Positions 52,144 to 60,770 of a stretch of 64,000 nt of DNA are shown here, piece by piece. The first letter of the stretch is position 1. Each line of letters begins with the position of its first letter. A model generated the notes under the pieces. That model saw nothing but the letters and a program-made list of their open reading frames with translations, did no database searches and was not told where the DNA came from. This DNA comes from a bacterium (GTDB lineage Bacteria > Patescibacteriota > Saccharimonadia > Saccharimonadales > AWTP1-31), in assembly GCA_030426125.1 (NCBI GenBank), contig JAUHZB010000002.1:67633-131632 (forward strand), given 5' to 3'. Position numbers and translations under genes: made by a program.

Positions 52144-53433
52144 TTAGGATTTTTTCTTAGTAACAATATCAACTAGTTTCTGAACAATCTTCTCAGAACG
52201 TAATCTGGAGGCTATATCTTGCCGACCTTGGTCTGAGTCTAGCTCAGCTTGCATCTTCGGATCTTGGTACTGACCTTTTAGAAGCTGCATTCGCACTTCT
52301 AGTTCCTCTGGGGTGACATTAATTTTTTCCTTATCGCCAATTGCACCAATAATGATACCAATTTTAACTTGCTCTTCGGCTTCTGGGCGTTTACTCTCCG
52401 AGTGCTGTTCAGCTGTTTGACCTTCGGCTTCCAAGTGTTCTTGCCAGGTTTGCCCACGGTAGATTAGGTTTTGCTTTTCGTTTTCTTCAATGCGCTTTAT
52501 TTGATCATCGATTACTGCTTTTGGTATAGCTACTGTCGTTTTCTTTGCAATTTCTTGTAACAGCTCATTTTCGAATTTACGATCAACTTCCGTTTGTTGC
52601 TCTATTTCAAGTTGTTGCTTGATGTTCTTCTTTAGCTCCTCAAGAGTTTTGAACGGTCCGGCTTTAGCGGCAAATTGATCATCTAGTTTTGGTAGGATTA
52701 ATTGGTTTACGGCTTTTACGGTTATATCGAAAGTAACTTTCTTGTTCTGAAGAGCCTTCACTTGGTAGCTTTTTGGGAAAGTAAGTGTGAACTTTTTCTT
52801 TTCTTTGGCCTTCAGTCCAATTAGGTTTTCTTCGAATCCTGGTATAAAAGTGTTACTTCCAAGAACTAGTGGATAATCTTTACCTTCAGCTCCATTAACC
52901 GGTTCACCCTTACTGTCGCTACCTTTAAAGTCGATACTAATTTCATCGCCATCTTTAGCTGGTTTATCTGATGGTTTTTTCTCTGCGCTTCGAGTTCGGA
53001 GGCTTTCAAGCACTCCATTTACGTCTTTTGCAGTCACTTTTACGCTAGGTTTGGTTTTGCTGATTTTGCTATAGTCGGCTAGTTTAACTTCACCAAGGAC
53101 ATCGGCTGTAATTTCGAAATCGAATGTTGTGAAGGGAACGAACTTTTTTAGGTTTACGGAAGGTTGCCCGATAACCCGTAAATTTTCTTTGGTTATGGCT
53201 TCGACGTAGAAGTGGTTAAGGGTAGCGTCAATAAATTCGCTTTGCAGGGTGTTCTGGTCAAGGTTCTTTTCGATAACCTCCATCGGCGCTTTGCCTTCAC
53301 GGAAGCCAGCAACCTTGGTGTTTTTGCCAAGTCTTTTGACGGTAGCTTGTTTAATTTTATTTAAGGTTTCAGCGTCTGCTGAGATACTTAGTGTTACGTT
53401 AGTTGGGTTGTTGTGAGTTAATTTAATTTGCAT
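52144..53433 (-). CDS. tig: trigger factor
   Basis: ORF track gives 52144..53442 (TTG). ATG 53431-53433 (MQIKLTH...) is preferred: it sits 8 nt after TGtTATAAT. Has an FKBP-type middle domain. Confidence 0.9.
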   Translation of the reverse strand: MQIKLTHNNPTNVTLSISADAETLNKIKQATVKRLGKNTKVAGFREGKAPMEVIEKNLDQNTLQSEFIDATLNHFYVEAITKENLRVIGQPSVNLKKFVPFTTFDFEITADVLGEVKLADYSKISKTKPSVKVTAKDVNGVLESLRTRSAEKKPSDKPAKDGDEISIDFKGSDSKGEPVNGAEGKDYPLVLGSNTFIPGFEENLIGLKAKEKKKFTLTFPKSYQVKALQNKKVTFDITVKAVNQLILPKLDDQFAAKAGPFKTLEELKKNIKQQLEIEQQTEVDRKFENELLQEIAKKTTVAIPKAVIDDQIKRIEENEKQNLIYRGQTWQEHLEAEGQTAEQHSESKRPEAEEQVKIGIIIGAIGDKEKINVTPEELEVRMQLLKGQYQDPKMQAELDSDQGRQDIASRLRSEKIVQKLVDIVTKKKS

Positions 53434-53441
53434 AAGTTGCA

Positions 53442-53450
53442 ATTATAACA
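53442..53450 (-). promoter_or_regulatory. extended -10 promoter of tig (leaderless candidate)
   Basis: Minus strand TGtTATAAT, then tgcaactt, then ATG. No Shine-Dalgarno site. Confidence 0.55.
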
Positions 53451-53474
53451 GATGAGCGAACTGTTTGCTACTAT

Positions 53475-54776
53475 TTAGGCAGTTCTTTGAATGGTGCTTA
53501 CTATGCTTTGAGGACTTAATTTCTCTTCCTGTTGGCTTTGAAGATTCTTTAGGTTAAATTGATTACCCTCTAATTCCTCTGGTCCGATAAATAGAGCGTA
53601 TTTGATATCTTTTTTCAGGGCAGTCTTAATTTTTGCCGGAATCTTGCGGTCGGTGCTATCAACTGCAATGCGCAAACCTTGGCTTCTAAGATCGGCTATT
53701 AGCGATTGTGCTTGGTTGTATACATCGCCTACTAAAACGGCATAGACATCGGTTTGTGAGGCTACTGTTGGTAGTAGTTTATGGGTATTTAGAAAATCTT
53801 TGAGGGTTACATCACCCCAGCCAAAACCAACTGTGGCTATTGGTTCAACTCCGAACAGACCAACTAATCCATCATAACGGCCACCGCCCATAATTGATCT
53901 AGGATTATCGGGATCAGTGTCGTTCATTTCGAAAACAATGCCGGTATAGTAATCAAATCCGCGCATGATGCTAATGTTGAAATTAACGTTAGCTAGTCCA
54001 CTATCTGTAAGACTGTCAATTAGTTCTTGGAGTTCTTTAGCTGGTTGGCTATCAGCGACTTCGCTTGGTAAGTCGGATATCTGGCTGATCTGCAGTAGAT
54101 CGAGTAATTTTTTATCTAGCTGGTTAGTCAGTTGACCTTGATCAAGGCAATCTTTTAAGGCTGAAGCAAAATCTTCAGGGCTAATTTTATTCATTTTATC
54201 GATAAGTTTGGCAATCTTATGAGCTTGCTCACTGTTTAGTTGTAGGTAGCTATCAAAAATATAGTCCATTAGACCACGGTGATTTAGGCTGAACTTATAC
54301 ATGCTTTGCTGAGCCCCGAATTGATTCATTATTCTATCAGCCAGCAGAATTAGTTCATGCTCTGCCTGGTTGTTTTCGATTCCGAATATATCGACGTTTA
54401 GTTGCCAGTGTTCACGTAGTCGCCCGCGTTGTGGTCGTTCATAGCGCCACAGTACTGGAATACTATACCAGCGCAGTGGATAGCCCAATTCTTGACGGCG
54501 GCCAGCTACTAGTCTGCTGACAGAGGGGGTCATTTCCGGTCGAATAACCACTTCACGATCGCCACGATCTTTGAAGGTATAGGTTTGTTCATTAACGATC
54601 TCTTCGCCAGATTTGGCTTTGTATAGCTCGATATTCTCCAGAATAGGGGCGTCGTATTCCTCGTAACCAAAACTTTCAGCTACAGAACGAAAAGTAGAAA
54701 AGATATAGTTTTGAAGGCGTTTATCCTCAGGGTAGAAATCGCGAGCTCCTTTGTATGCTTGTGTCGATAAACTCAT
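53475..54776 (-). CDS. hisS: histidine--tRNA ligase
   Basis: 433 aa. Class II motifs (RPEMTPSVSR, GGGRYDGL) and a C-terminal anticodon-binding domain. Confidence 0.93.
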   Translation of the reverse strand: MSLSTQAYKGARDFYPEDKRLQNYIFSTFRSVAESFGYEEYDAPILENIELYKAKSGEEIVNEQTYTFKDRGDREVVIRPEMTPSVSRLVAGRRQELGYPLRWYSIPVLWRYERPQRGRLREHWQLNVDIFGIENNQAEHELILLADRIMNQFGAQQSMYKFSLNHRGLMDYIFDSYLQLNSEQAHKIAKLIDKMNKISPEDFASALKDCLDQGQLTNQLDKKLLDLLQISQISDLPSEVADSQPAKELQELIDSLTDSGLANVNFNISIMRGFDYYTGIVFEMNDTDPDNPRSIMGGGRYDGLVGLFGVEPIATVGFGWGDVTLKDFLNTHKLLPTVASQTDVYAVLVGDVYNQAQSLIADLRSQGLRIAVDSTDRKIPAKIKTALKKDIKYALFIGPEELEGNQFNLKNLQSQQEEKLSPQSIVSTIQRTA

Positions 54777-54839
54777 GAATTTTTCCCTAGTGACAAATAC
54801 CCTTTAGTTTAGGTTGTATGATTAATTTTGTAATAAATT

Positions 54840-54924
54840 TGGTACGGATGAGAGGACTTGAACCTCCACGCCTTGCGGCACTAGCTCCTAAGGCTAGCGT
54901 GTCTACCAATTCCACCACATCCGC
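54840..54924 (-). tRNA. tRNA-Leu (anticodon TAG), long variable arm, CCA-3' encoded
   Basis: Reverse complement GCGGATGTGGTGGAATTGGTAGACACGCTAGCCTTAGGAGCTAGTGCCGCAAGGCGTGGAGGTTCAAGTCCTCTCATCCGTACCA. Confidence 0.93.
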
Positions 54925-54962
54925 CTAACTGAATGGTTATCCATTGGATTAACAGTGATATT

Positions 54963-55499
54963 TTACGCAATTTTTCGATAAAATACCAGCTTTGCATTAC
55001 TAAACTGTTTTTCTGCTAATATTTCGAACTGGTCTGGGGCGATTCTGACATCATTACTAGCTGGCAAGGAGAGTACTCCGACGGCACCTATTTTGCTGTG
55101 ATGCATTATTTTTTCTACTAAACTTTCCTGGACATTATTATATGGTGGATCGCATAACACAATATCGAATAATTGATCAGGATTGTTGTTGTGCCAGGTC
55201 TTGGCATTTATCGCCTGGAGGTTAGCTTGTTTAGTTAGGTCCAGGTCATAAATATTTTGCTTGATAATTTTCACCGCTTGACGGTTGTCTTCTAAAATTA
55301 AGGCCGTTTTAGCACCTCGGCTAATAGCCTCAAAACTAAGCGCTCCACTACCACCAAATGCATCCAGAATGCTAAGGCTGGTAATATCGCCTAAGGTGTC
55401 AAACAGTGCAGTCCGGACTTTATCGCCCATTGGATGGGTGGCAAAACCTTTAGGCGATTTAAATATTCGACCCTTTAAGTTGCCAGAGACAATACGCAC
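54963..55499 (-). CDS. rsmD: 16S rRNA (guanine966-N2)-methyltransferase RsmD family
   Basis: 178 aa. GTG start. LDAFGGSGALSFEAISRGA and DPPY motifs. Confidence 0.85.
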   Translation of the reverse strand: MRIVSGNLKGRIFKSPKGFATHPMGDKVRTALFDTLGDITSLSILDAFGGSGALSFEAISRGAKTALILEDNRQAVKIIKQNIYDLDLTKQANLQAINAKTWHNNNPDQLFDIVLCDPPYNNVQESLVEKIMHHSKIGAVGVLSLPASNDVRIAPDQFEILAEKQFSNAKLVFYRKIA

Positions 55500-55502
55500 C
55501 TG

Positions 55503-56348
55503 TTATTTTCCTTTGCTTGTTCTTTGCTGGTGTTTTTTGGGTTTATTAGCTTCTTGGTAGGCACTATACCAAGCTAAGGTTACAGTTTTAATTATCATAG
55601 GGATAAGTTTGTTGCGCACATCCAAGGTAAGCCTTGTAGTCCAACCTCTTTGATAGTAGCGGGTATACATATCTAGCACGGCAATCTCTCGAGTTGTTCT
55701 TTTGAAATATTCGCCGATTTTTAAATCATTAAACTCTTCTATATCACTAGCCGACGGAGCGCTGTCGCTAAAGGATAGTGGAGCCATAATAGAGGCTACT
55801 CCTAGTTCAAACATGCCATGGGTTGATATTAGGCCCTTGAATCCCCACATTTTCCAGTTGTTTTTTACTTGATCGCGCCGAGTGATACCGGGAACAATTA
55901 GCTTGTCTTTGATGCTACTACGGGTTTCATTTCCCTCCCCGCCCCGCAGCTCACTAAGTTTTTCTTCGTATGGGTAATGATGTGCTGGGGTTAAACCATC
56001 GACTAGGGCATGAGACAGCCAAGCTGCTTCAAAGGCTGCTTTTTCGGCCTGCTCTTCTTTCAAGGCTCTGATAAGTAGCTTATGGTGTTTGGTGATCAGG
56101 TCCATAAGAGTAGTATCATTGTCATCGAAAGGATTTAAAAAATGCCACGGTTCGTTAACCGAAGGACTTTTTCTCTTGATGCCGTCAGGTCCATTTTTGC
56201 CTTCAAAGTGTAGGATACTCTTAATAGCTGGAAACCTTTGATCATCGATTTCTAGTTTGCTGAGATTAAGTCTAGACACCCGATCAATCTTTTGATGGGC
56301 ACCCAGAATCCCACCAGATTTATTGGTTAAAGTTGTTCCAGCGTACAT
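55503..56348 (-). CDS. hypothetical protein (281 aa); His-rich motif faintly like the Zn-dependent phospholipase C/P1-nuclease fold
   Basis: ORF track ORF. WLSHALVDGLTPAHH and an early GAHQKID. The fold assignment is tentative. Confidence 0.5.
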   Translation of the reverse strand: MYAGTTLTNKSGGILGAHQKIDRVSRLNLSKLEIDDQRFPAIKSILHFEGKNGPDGIKRKSPSVNEPWHFLNPFDDNDTTLMDLITKHHKLLIRALKEEQAEKAAFEAAWLSHALVDGLTPAHHYPYEEKLSELRGGEGNETRSSIKDKLIVPGITRRDQVKNNWKMWGFKGLISTHGMFELGVASIMAPLSFSDSAPSASDIEEFNDLKIGEYFKRTTREIAVLDMYTRYYQRGWTTRLTLDVRNKLIPMIIKTVTLAWYSAYQEANKPKKHQQRTSKGK

Positions 56349-56398
56349 TATTTACCGCGGTATGTATTAGCTATATTATTAATCATTTACTTATTCGA

Positions 56399-58438
56399 TT
56401 AGTTAAGAGTCGTTACTTTTAATAACTGCTCTAGACGTTTAGAAAGATGACTATATTGTAGCAGATTTTCTTGTTTATCTATAAACTGCTGGGCGCAGGC
56501 TCGAGCTTGATTTACAAGCTTAAGATCAGCCAGATCAGCAACTGATAAATCTAAAGCTCCGTGCTGGGCGGAGCCGTATATTGCGCCTGGTCCTCTTATT
56601 TTTAGGTCTAACTCACTCAATTCAAAGCCGTCGTTAGTCGATTCCACAGCTCTCAGTCGACTGCTAGGTGTACTAGAATCGGTTGGCACTAGATAGCAGT
56701 AAGATTGATGTTGACCACGACCAACTCGACCGCGAAGTTGATGAAGTTGTGCTAAGCCAAATCGGTCGGCATTTTCAATGACCATTATGTTGGCATTAGG
56801 GACGTCAACGCCAACTTCTACAACTGTAGTAGAGACCAGCACATCTATTTTTTTCTCCAGGAATTGTTTCATGACTGTTGTCTTGTCTTCAGGGCTTAGT
56901 TTGCCGTGCATTAGACCTACGCGATAATCTTTGAAATCCGTGGATTGCAGTTTTTGTTGCAATGTAGTGGCCGACTGCAGGTCTGGTTGTAAATCGGAAT
57001 CGGACACCAGAGGACAAACTATAAAGGCTTGTCGACCTAGACTGAGCTGATGTTTGATCTTAGTGTAAAGCGAGGCCCGCGAATTTGGCGAGCTAATCTC
57101 TGTGTGTATGGTCTGTTGATGTTTAGGCTTCTGCTGAATTATGGAAACATCCATTTCGCCAAAAAGGGTCAAACTTAGACTTCTTGGTATTGGTGTGGCA
57201 GTCATTGTTAACACGTGCGGCATTTTGTCGGCCTTGGAAAGGAGCTGTTTGCGCTGAGAAACCCCAAAGCGATGTTGTTCATCAATTATTATTAACCCTA
57301 GCTTCTTGATGGCAACTTTTTCTTGGATCAAAGCATGGGTTCCAATTATGAACTGCATATCGCCACTACTAATGTGACGGTGAGAGTGCTTTTTTGAGGA
57401 CGCCTTCATCTTACCGGTCAGTAGACCTACTTTACTATGAAGTCCTAGCGGCTTCAGCAAATTATAGATAGTGTCGGCATGCTGTTTGGCTAGTATCTCC
57501 GTTGGGGCCATCAATGCTACTTGGTAGCCTTGATTTAAGACCATAAGCGCAGCCATGGTCGCTACCACGGTCTTCCCAGAACCAACATCACCCTCAAGTA
57601 ACCTGTTCATAGGTTTGCTTGCCGTTAGATCTTGATAAATAGTCCAGATCACCTTGCGTTGATCATTGGTTAATTCAAATGGCAAATGACCGACGAAGTC
57701 TTTAGCTAGCTGTTCCTTGAATTGTATTTTTTGGGCAGATAGTTGGCTGTTGTCTTGTTTTAAATTTAAGGCAGCTAGCGAGAGCTCAAATACTTCCTCG
57801 AAACCGAGACGCTGTTTAGCTTTTTCTATTTCATCGCTTCTCTTTGGATAATGGATGAGGTATAAAGCCTTAGCTCTACTAACTAGTTTTTCCTGCTTAA
57901 CAATCCAGTTAGGTAGAGTCTCTTCAGTTTTTTGGATTGTCGGCAATACCTGCCGAATAATTTTGCGGATCTGATTAGACTTTAGTCCTTTCGTTTGCCG
58001 ATACACTGGAAGTATGCGGGCAGCATTGGTTGGTAGGTCACTTTCTAGCTCGCAGGCCGGGTTGATCATTGAAAACTTCTGATGACGCAGTTCAAACTGA
58101 CCAGATATTAAATAGGTTTTGTTAGTCGCTAGTGACTTAGCTCGATACGGTTGATTAAACCAGATTATTCGGGCACTGCCAGTAGTATCACTAACTATTG
58201 CTTCTGTGATGTGTAGTCCGCGCCGGGCATATCGACTGCTGACCTGTGAAATTTTTCCGCGTACGCTGTACTGTCCAGTTTGGAGCTGTTTAATCGGGGT
58301 TATCTTGGAATAATCCTGATAAGACCGAGGGTAAAACGAAATTAGGTCATTAACGGTGTATAGTCCCAGTCTATGAAACTTTTTACTTAGCGCCTCACCT
58401 ACCCCTTTAATCTGATCAATCGGATCTTCTAGATTCAT
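56399..58438 (-). CDS. recG: ATP-dependent DNA helicase RecG
   Basis: 679 aa. Wedge domain, GDVGSGKT (Walker A), DEQHRFG, QLRGRVGRG. Confidence 0.95.
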   Translation of the reverse strand: MNLEDPIDQIKGVGEALSKKFHRLGLYTVNDLISFYPRSYQDYSKITPIKQLQTGQYSVRGKISQVSSRYARRGLHITEAIVSDTTGSARIIWFNQPYRAKSLATNKTYLISGQFELRHQKFSMINPACELESDLPTNAARILPVYRQTKGLKSNQIRKIIRQVLPTIQKTEETLPNWIVKQEKLVSRAKALYLIHYPKRSDEIEKAKQRLGFEEVFELSLAALNLKQDNSQLSAQKIQFKEQLAKDFVGHLPFELTNDQRKVIWTIYQDLTASKPMNRLLEGDVGSGKTVVATMAALMVLNQGYQVALMAPTEILAKQHADTIYNLLKPLGLHSKVGLLTGKMKASSKKHSHRHISSGDMQFIIGTHALIQEKVAIKKLGLIIIDEQHRFGVSQRKQLLSKADKMPHVLTMTATPIPRSLSLTLFGEMDVSIIQQKPKHQQTIHTEISSPNSRASLYTKIKHQLSLGRQAFIVCPLVSDSDLQPDLQSATTLQQKLQSTDFKDYRVGLMHGKLSPEDKTTVMKQFLEKKIDVLVSTTVVEVGVDVPNANIMVIENADRFGLAQLHQLRGRVGRGQHQSYCYLVPTDSSTPSSRLRAVESTNDGFELSELDLKIRGPGAIYGSAQHGALDLSVADLADLKLVNQARACAQQFIDKQENLLQYSHLSKRLEQLLKVTTLN

Positions 58439-58444
58439 TCTTTA

Positions 58445-58453
58445 ATACTAGCA
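58445..58453 (-). promoter_or_regulatory. extended -10 promoter of recG (leaderless candidate)
   Basis: Minus strand TGcTAGTAT, then taaaga, then ATG. No Shine-Dalgarno site. Confidence 0.45.
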
Positions 58454-58492
58454 GAAGGCAGATTGTCTTCGACCTAAATTTTATGTTATTAG

Positions 58493-59284
58493 CTATTTAT
58501 CGCTATGTTCAGTTCTAGCATGTTTTACCAAGAAGAAAACGCTAGGTCCAAAGTAGGTCTTGGCTAGTTTGGCTTGAAGGAATGATTCTACTTTTAGCAT
58601 GGCCCCGATTGGCACTATCTTTTTTAGACCTGGTGAGCGTAGATTGGAAACCGATAATACTTTTTCGACTTTTAGGCCAGCATGAGCTAGTTGGCGAATT
58701 ACAGTTTTAGGGTTATGGTTTACGAAAGGAATTTCTTTCTTGTTCTGGTTTTTCTTGGAGCGGATATCTACTGGTTTTTCGGGTAGTTTCTGGGCTTTAA
58801 GAATATGTTTGATGCGGTTTCGAGCGTGTGAGTAGTTGGCTAGCTCTAAGATTAAATAACCGTCTTTGCTGAGAACTCGCTTGATTTCCTTGAATTCTTG
58901 ACTTGGATCTGGCAAGTGATGCATTACTCGAATCATAGTTATTAGATCCAGGCTATTATCCTTAAATTTGAGGTCGTCTGCTTGGGTTAGCTTTTTGTCT
59001 ATTTCAGGGTGATCTTTCAAAAATTCTTTAGCTATATCTAGCTGTTGCTGGCTGGGTTCGGCTAGCGTTACTTTATCGGCATAGTTTTCTAGAAAAATAC
59101 AAAGCCGTCCAAAACCACCGCCGATGTCAGCGGCATTTTTGAAGTGCTTGCCTTTTAATAGGCGTTTGATTGCTATTCTTTCAGCTTGGTTTTCGTAGTC
59201 TCTACCGTCCCAATACTTTAGATAGTTGTGCTTCGGGTCATTGTATTGATCGGACTTTTTTTTGGCAGATTTAGGTGCAGGCAT
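58493..59284 (-). CDS. class I SAM-dependent methyltransferase
   Basis: 263 aa. Motif I ADIGGGFGRL. Methyltransf_11-like length. TGcTATACT promoter upstream. Confidence 0.75.
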   Translation of the reverse strand: MPAPKSAKKKSDQYNDPKHNYLKYWDGRDYENQAERIAIKRLLKGKHFKNAADIGGGFGRLCIFLENYADKVTLAEPSQQQLDIAKEFLKDHPEIDKKLTQADDLKFKDNSLDLITMIRVMHHLPDPSQEFKEIKRVLSKDGYLILELANYSHARNRIKHILKAQKLPEKPVDIRSKKNQNKKEIPFVNHNPKTVIRQLAHAGLKVEKVLSVSNLRSPGLKKIVPIGAMLKVESFLQAKLAKTYFGPSVFFLVKHARTEHSDK

Positions 59285-59360
59285 TTTAAGATTTTCTTTC
59301 CTATTTTTAGTTAATATTTATTGGAATGAAGGTAGTATAGCACGGGCAATTTATATATAG

Positions 59361-60623
59361 CTATTTGCTAACAAGCAGTAATTTATTCTTACCACGCTTA
59401 ACGATAAGATGGTTATTTATGAAGCTGAACTCGTTATTTTCAATGTCCTCGGAGGATATTTTCTGTCCATTAATCTGGATAGCACCTTCGCTAACAAAGC
59501 GGCGGGCTTCAGTCTTACTGCTAGCCAACTGGCCTTCTATTAAAACATCTAAGAAGTTTTTATCACCTAGACTAAGGTGCGGAATTTCGCGGGCTAGTAG
59601 TGCAAAGTCATCTTGGCTTAACTCTTGGTAGTTTTCGCTAAATAGTAGGTCAGTGATCTTGATTATTTGTTCAGTAATCTGCTGGCCATGAACCAGGGTA
59701 GTTACTTCGCTGGCCAATGTTTTTTGTGCTACTCTGGTGGCTTTGTTGGAGTTAAATTCTTCCATGATCTGATCAATTTCGTTTTTATCCAGTTCGGTGT
59801 AGGTTTTCAAGTAGCCTTCAACTCCTTGGTCATCGACATTTAACCAGAACTGGTAAAACTGGAATGGGGAGGTTAGCTCGGCATCTAGCCACACCGCTCC
59901 GTCTTCAGACTTACCGAATTTCTTTCCAGTTTGAGAATTAATAATTAGCGGAATAGTTAGGGCGTGTACTTCTTTGGAGCGAGTCCTTCGAATTAGATCG
60001 ACCCCAGATAAACAGTTACCCCACTGGTCGGAGCCCCCGATTTGTAGTTGGCAGTTGTATTTATCGAACAGGTGTAAGTAGTCCATCCCTTGTAATAAGG
60101 TGTAGCTGAACTCAGCGTAAGTGATTCCACTGCCTCCTTGGTTCATTCGTTTGGCAATGAAATCTCGCTGGACTAGCGGTGTCATACTGTAGTGTTTACC
60201 AATGTCTCTTAAAAAGTCGATAACCTTTAAGTCTTTGGTCCAGTCCAGGTTGTTTACTAGTTGGAATTGATGACCACGGTAAATATTATTAAACTGTTTT
60301 TCGGCTTGCTTAATATTGTTAGCTATTGTTTCTAGAGACTGTAGTTCACGCTCACTGTCCTTGCCTCCTGGATCGCCGATCAGACTGGTTGCTCCCCCAG
60401 CTAGAATAATGGCTTTGTGGCCATGACGTAGGAATACTTTATCGATCATCATGGCTGCTAGATTACCGATGGTTTGTGATGGTGCGCTAGCGTCAAAACC
60501 GTGGTAGAAAGTCCATTGCTGTTTGTCTAATTGGCCAATATCTTTAAAGGTGCTTTGGTTAATAAAACCACGCCACTGTAGCTCTTCTGAAAGGGTCATC
60601 TGCTGTTTATTACTTTTGCTCAT
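59361..60623 (-). CDS. tyrS: tyrosine--tRNA ligase
   Basis: 420 aa. GFDASAPSQTIGNL (degenerate HIGH), KFGKS (KMSKS variant), C-terminal S4-like domain. Confidence 0.92.
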   Translation of the reverse strand: MSKSNKQQMTLSEELQWRGFINQSTFKDIGQLDKQQWTFYHGFDASAPSQTIGNLAAMMIDKVFLRHGHKAIILAGGATSLIGDPGGKDSERELQSLETIANNIKQAEKQFNNIYRGHQFQLVNNLDWTKDLKVIDFLRDIGKHYSMTPLVQRDFIAKRMNQGGSGITYAEFSYTLLQGMDYLHLFDKYNCQLQIGGSDQWGNCLSGVDLIRRTRSKEVHALTIPLIINSQTGKKFGKSEDGAVWLDAELTSPFQFYQFWLNVDDQGVEGYLKTYTELDKNEIDQIMEEFNSNKATRVAQKTLASEVTTLVHGQQITEQIIKITDLLFSENYQELSQDDFALLAREIPHLSLGDKNFLDVLIEGQLASSKTEARRFVSEGAIQINGQKISSEDIENNEFSFINNHLIVKRGKNKLLLVSK

Positions 60624-60630
60624 GAAACGT

Positions 60631-60636
60631 ATTATA
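60631..60636 (-). promoter_or_regulatory. -10 box 7 nt upstream of the tyrS ATG (leaderless candidate)
   Basis: Minus strand TATAAT, then acgtttc, then ATG. No Shine-Dalgarno site and no T-box. Confidence 0.5.
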
Positions 60637-60728
60637 CATTAAGATCTATGGAATCCTTGTCGTAGTTCTAAGATAGGGTATCGGTAATAATAACTTATGT
60701 TTATATATGGATTTATTTTAGTGTTATT

Positions 60729-60737
60729 TGCTATAAT
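60729..60737 (+). promoter_or_regulatory. extended -10 promoter of the PBP1A gene
   Basis: TGcTATAAT, 33 nt upstream of ATG 60771. Confidence 0.5.
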
Positions 60738-60770
60738 AATGTAATTGATTGGAGTAACAACAATATATAT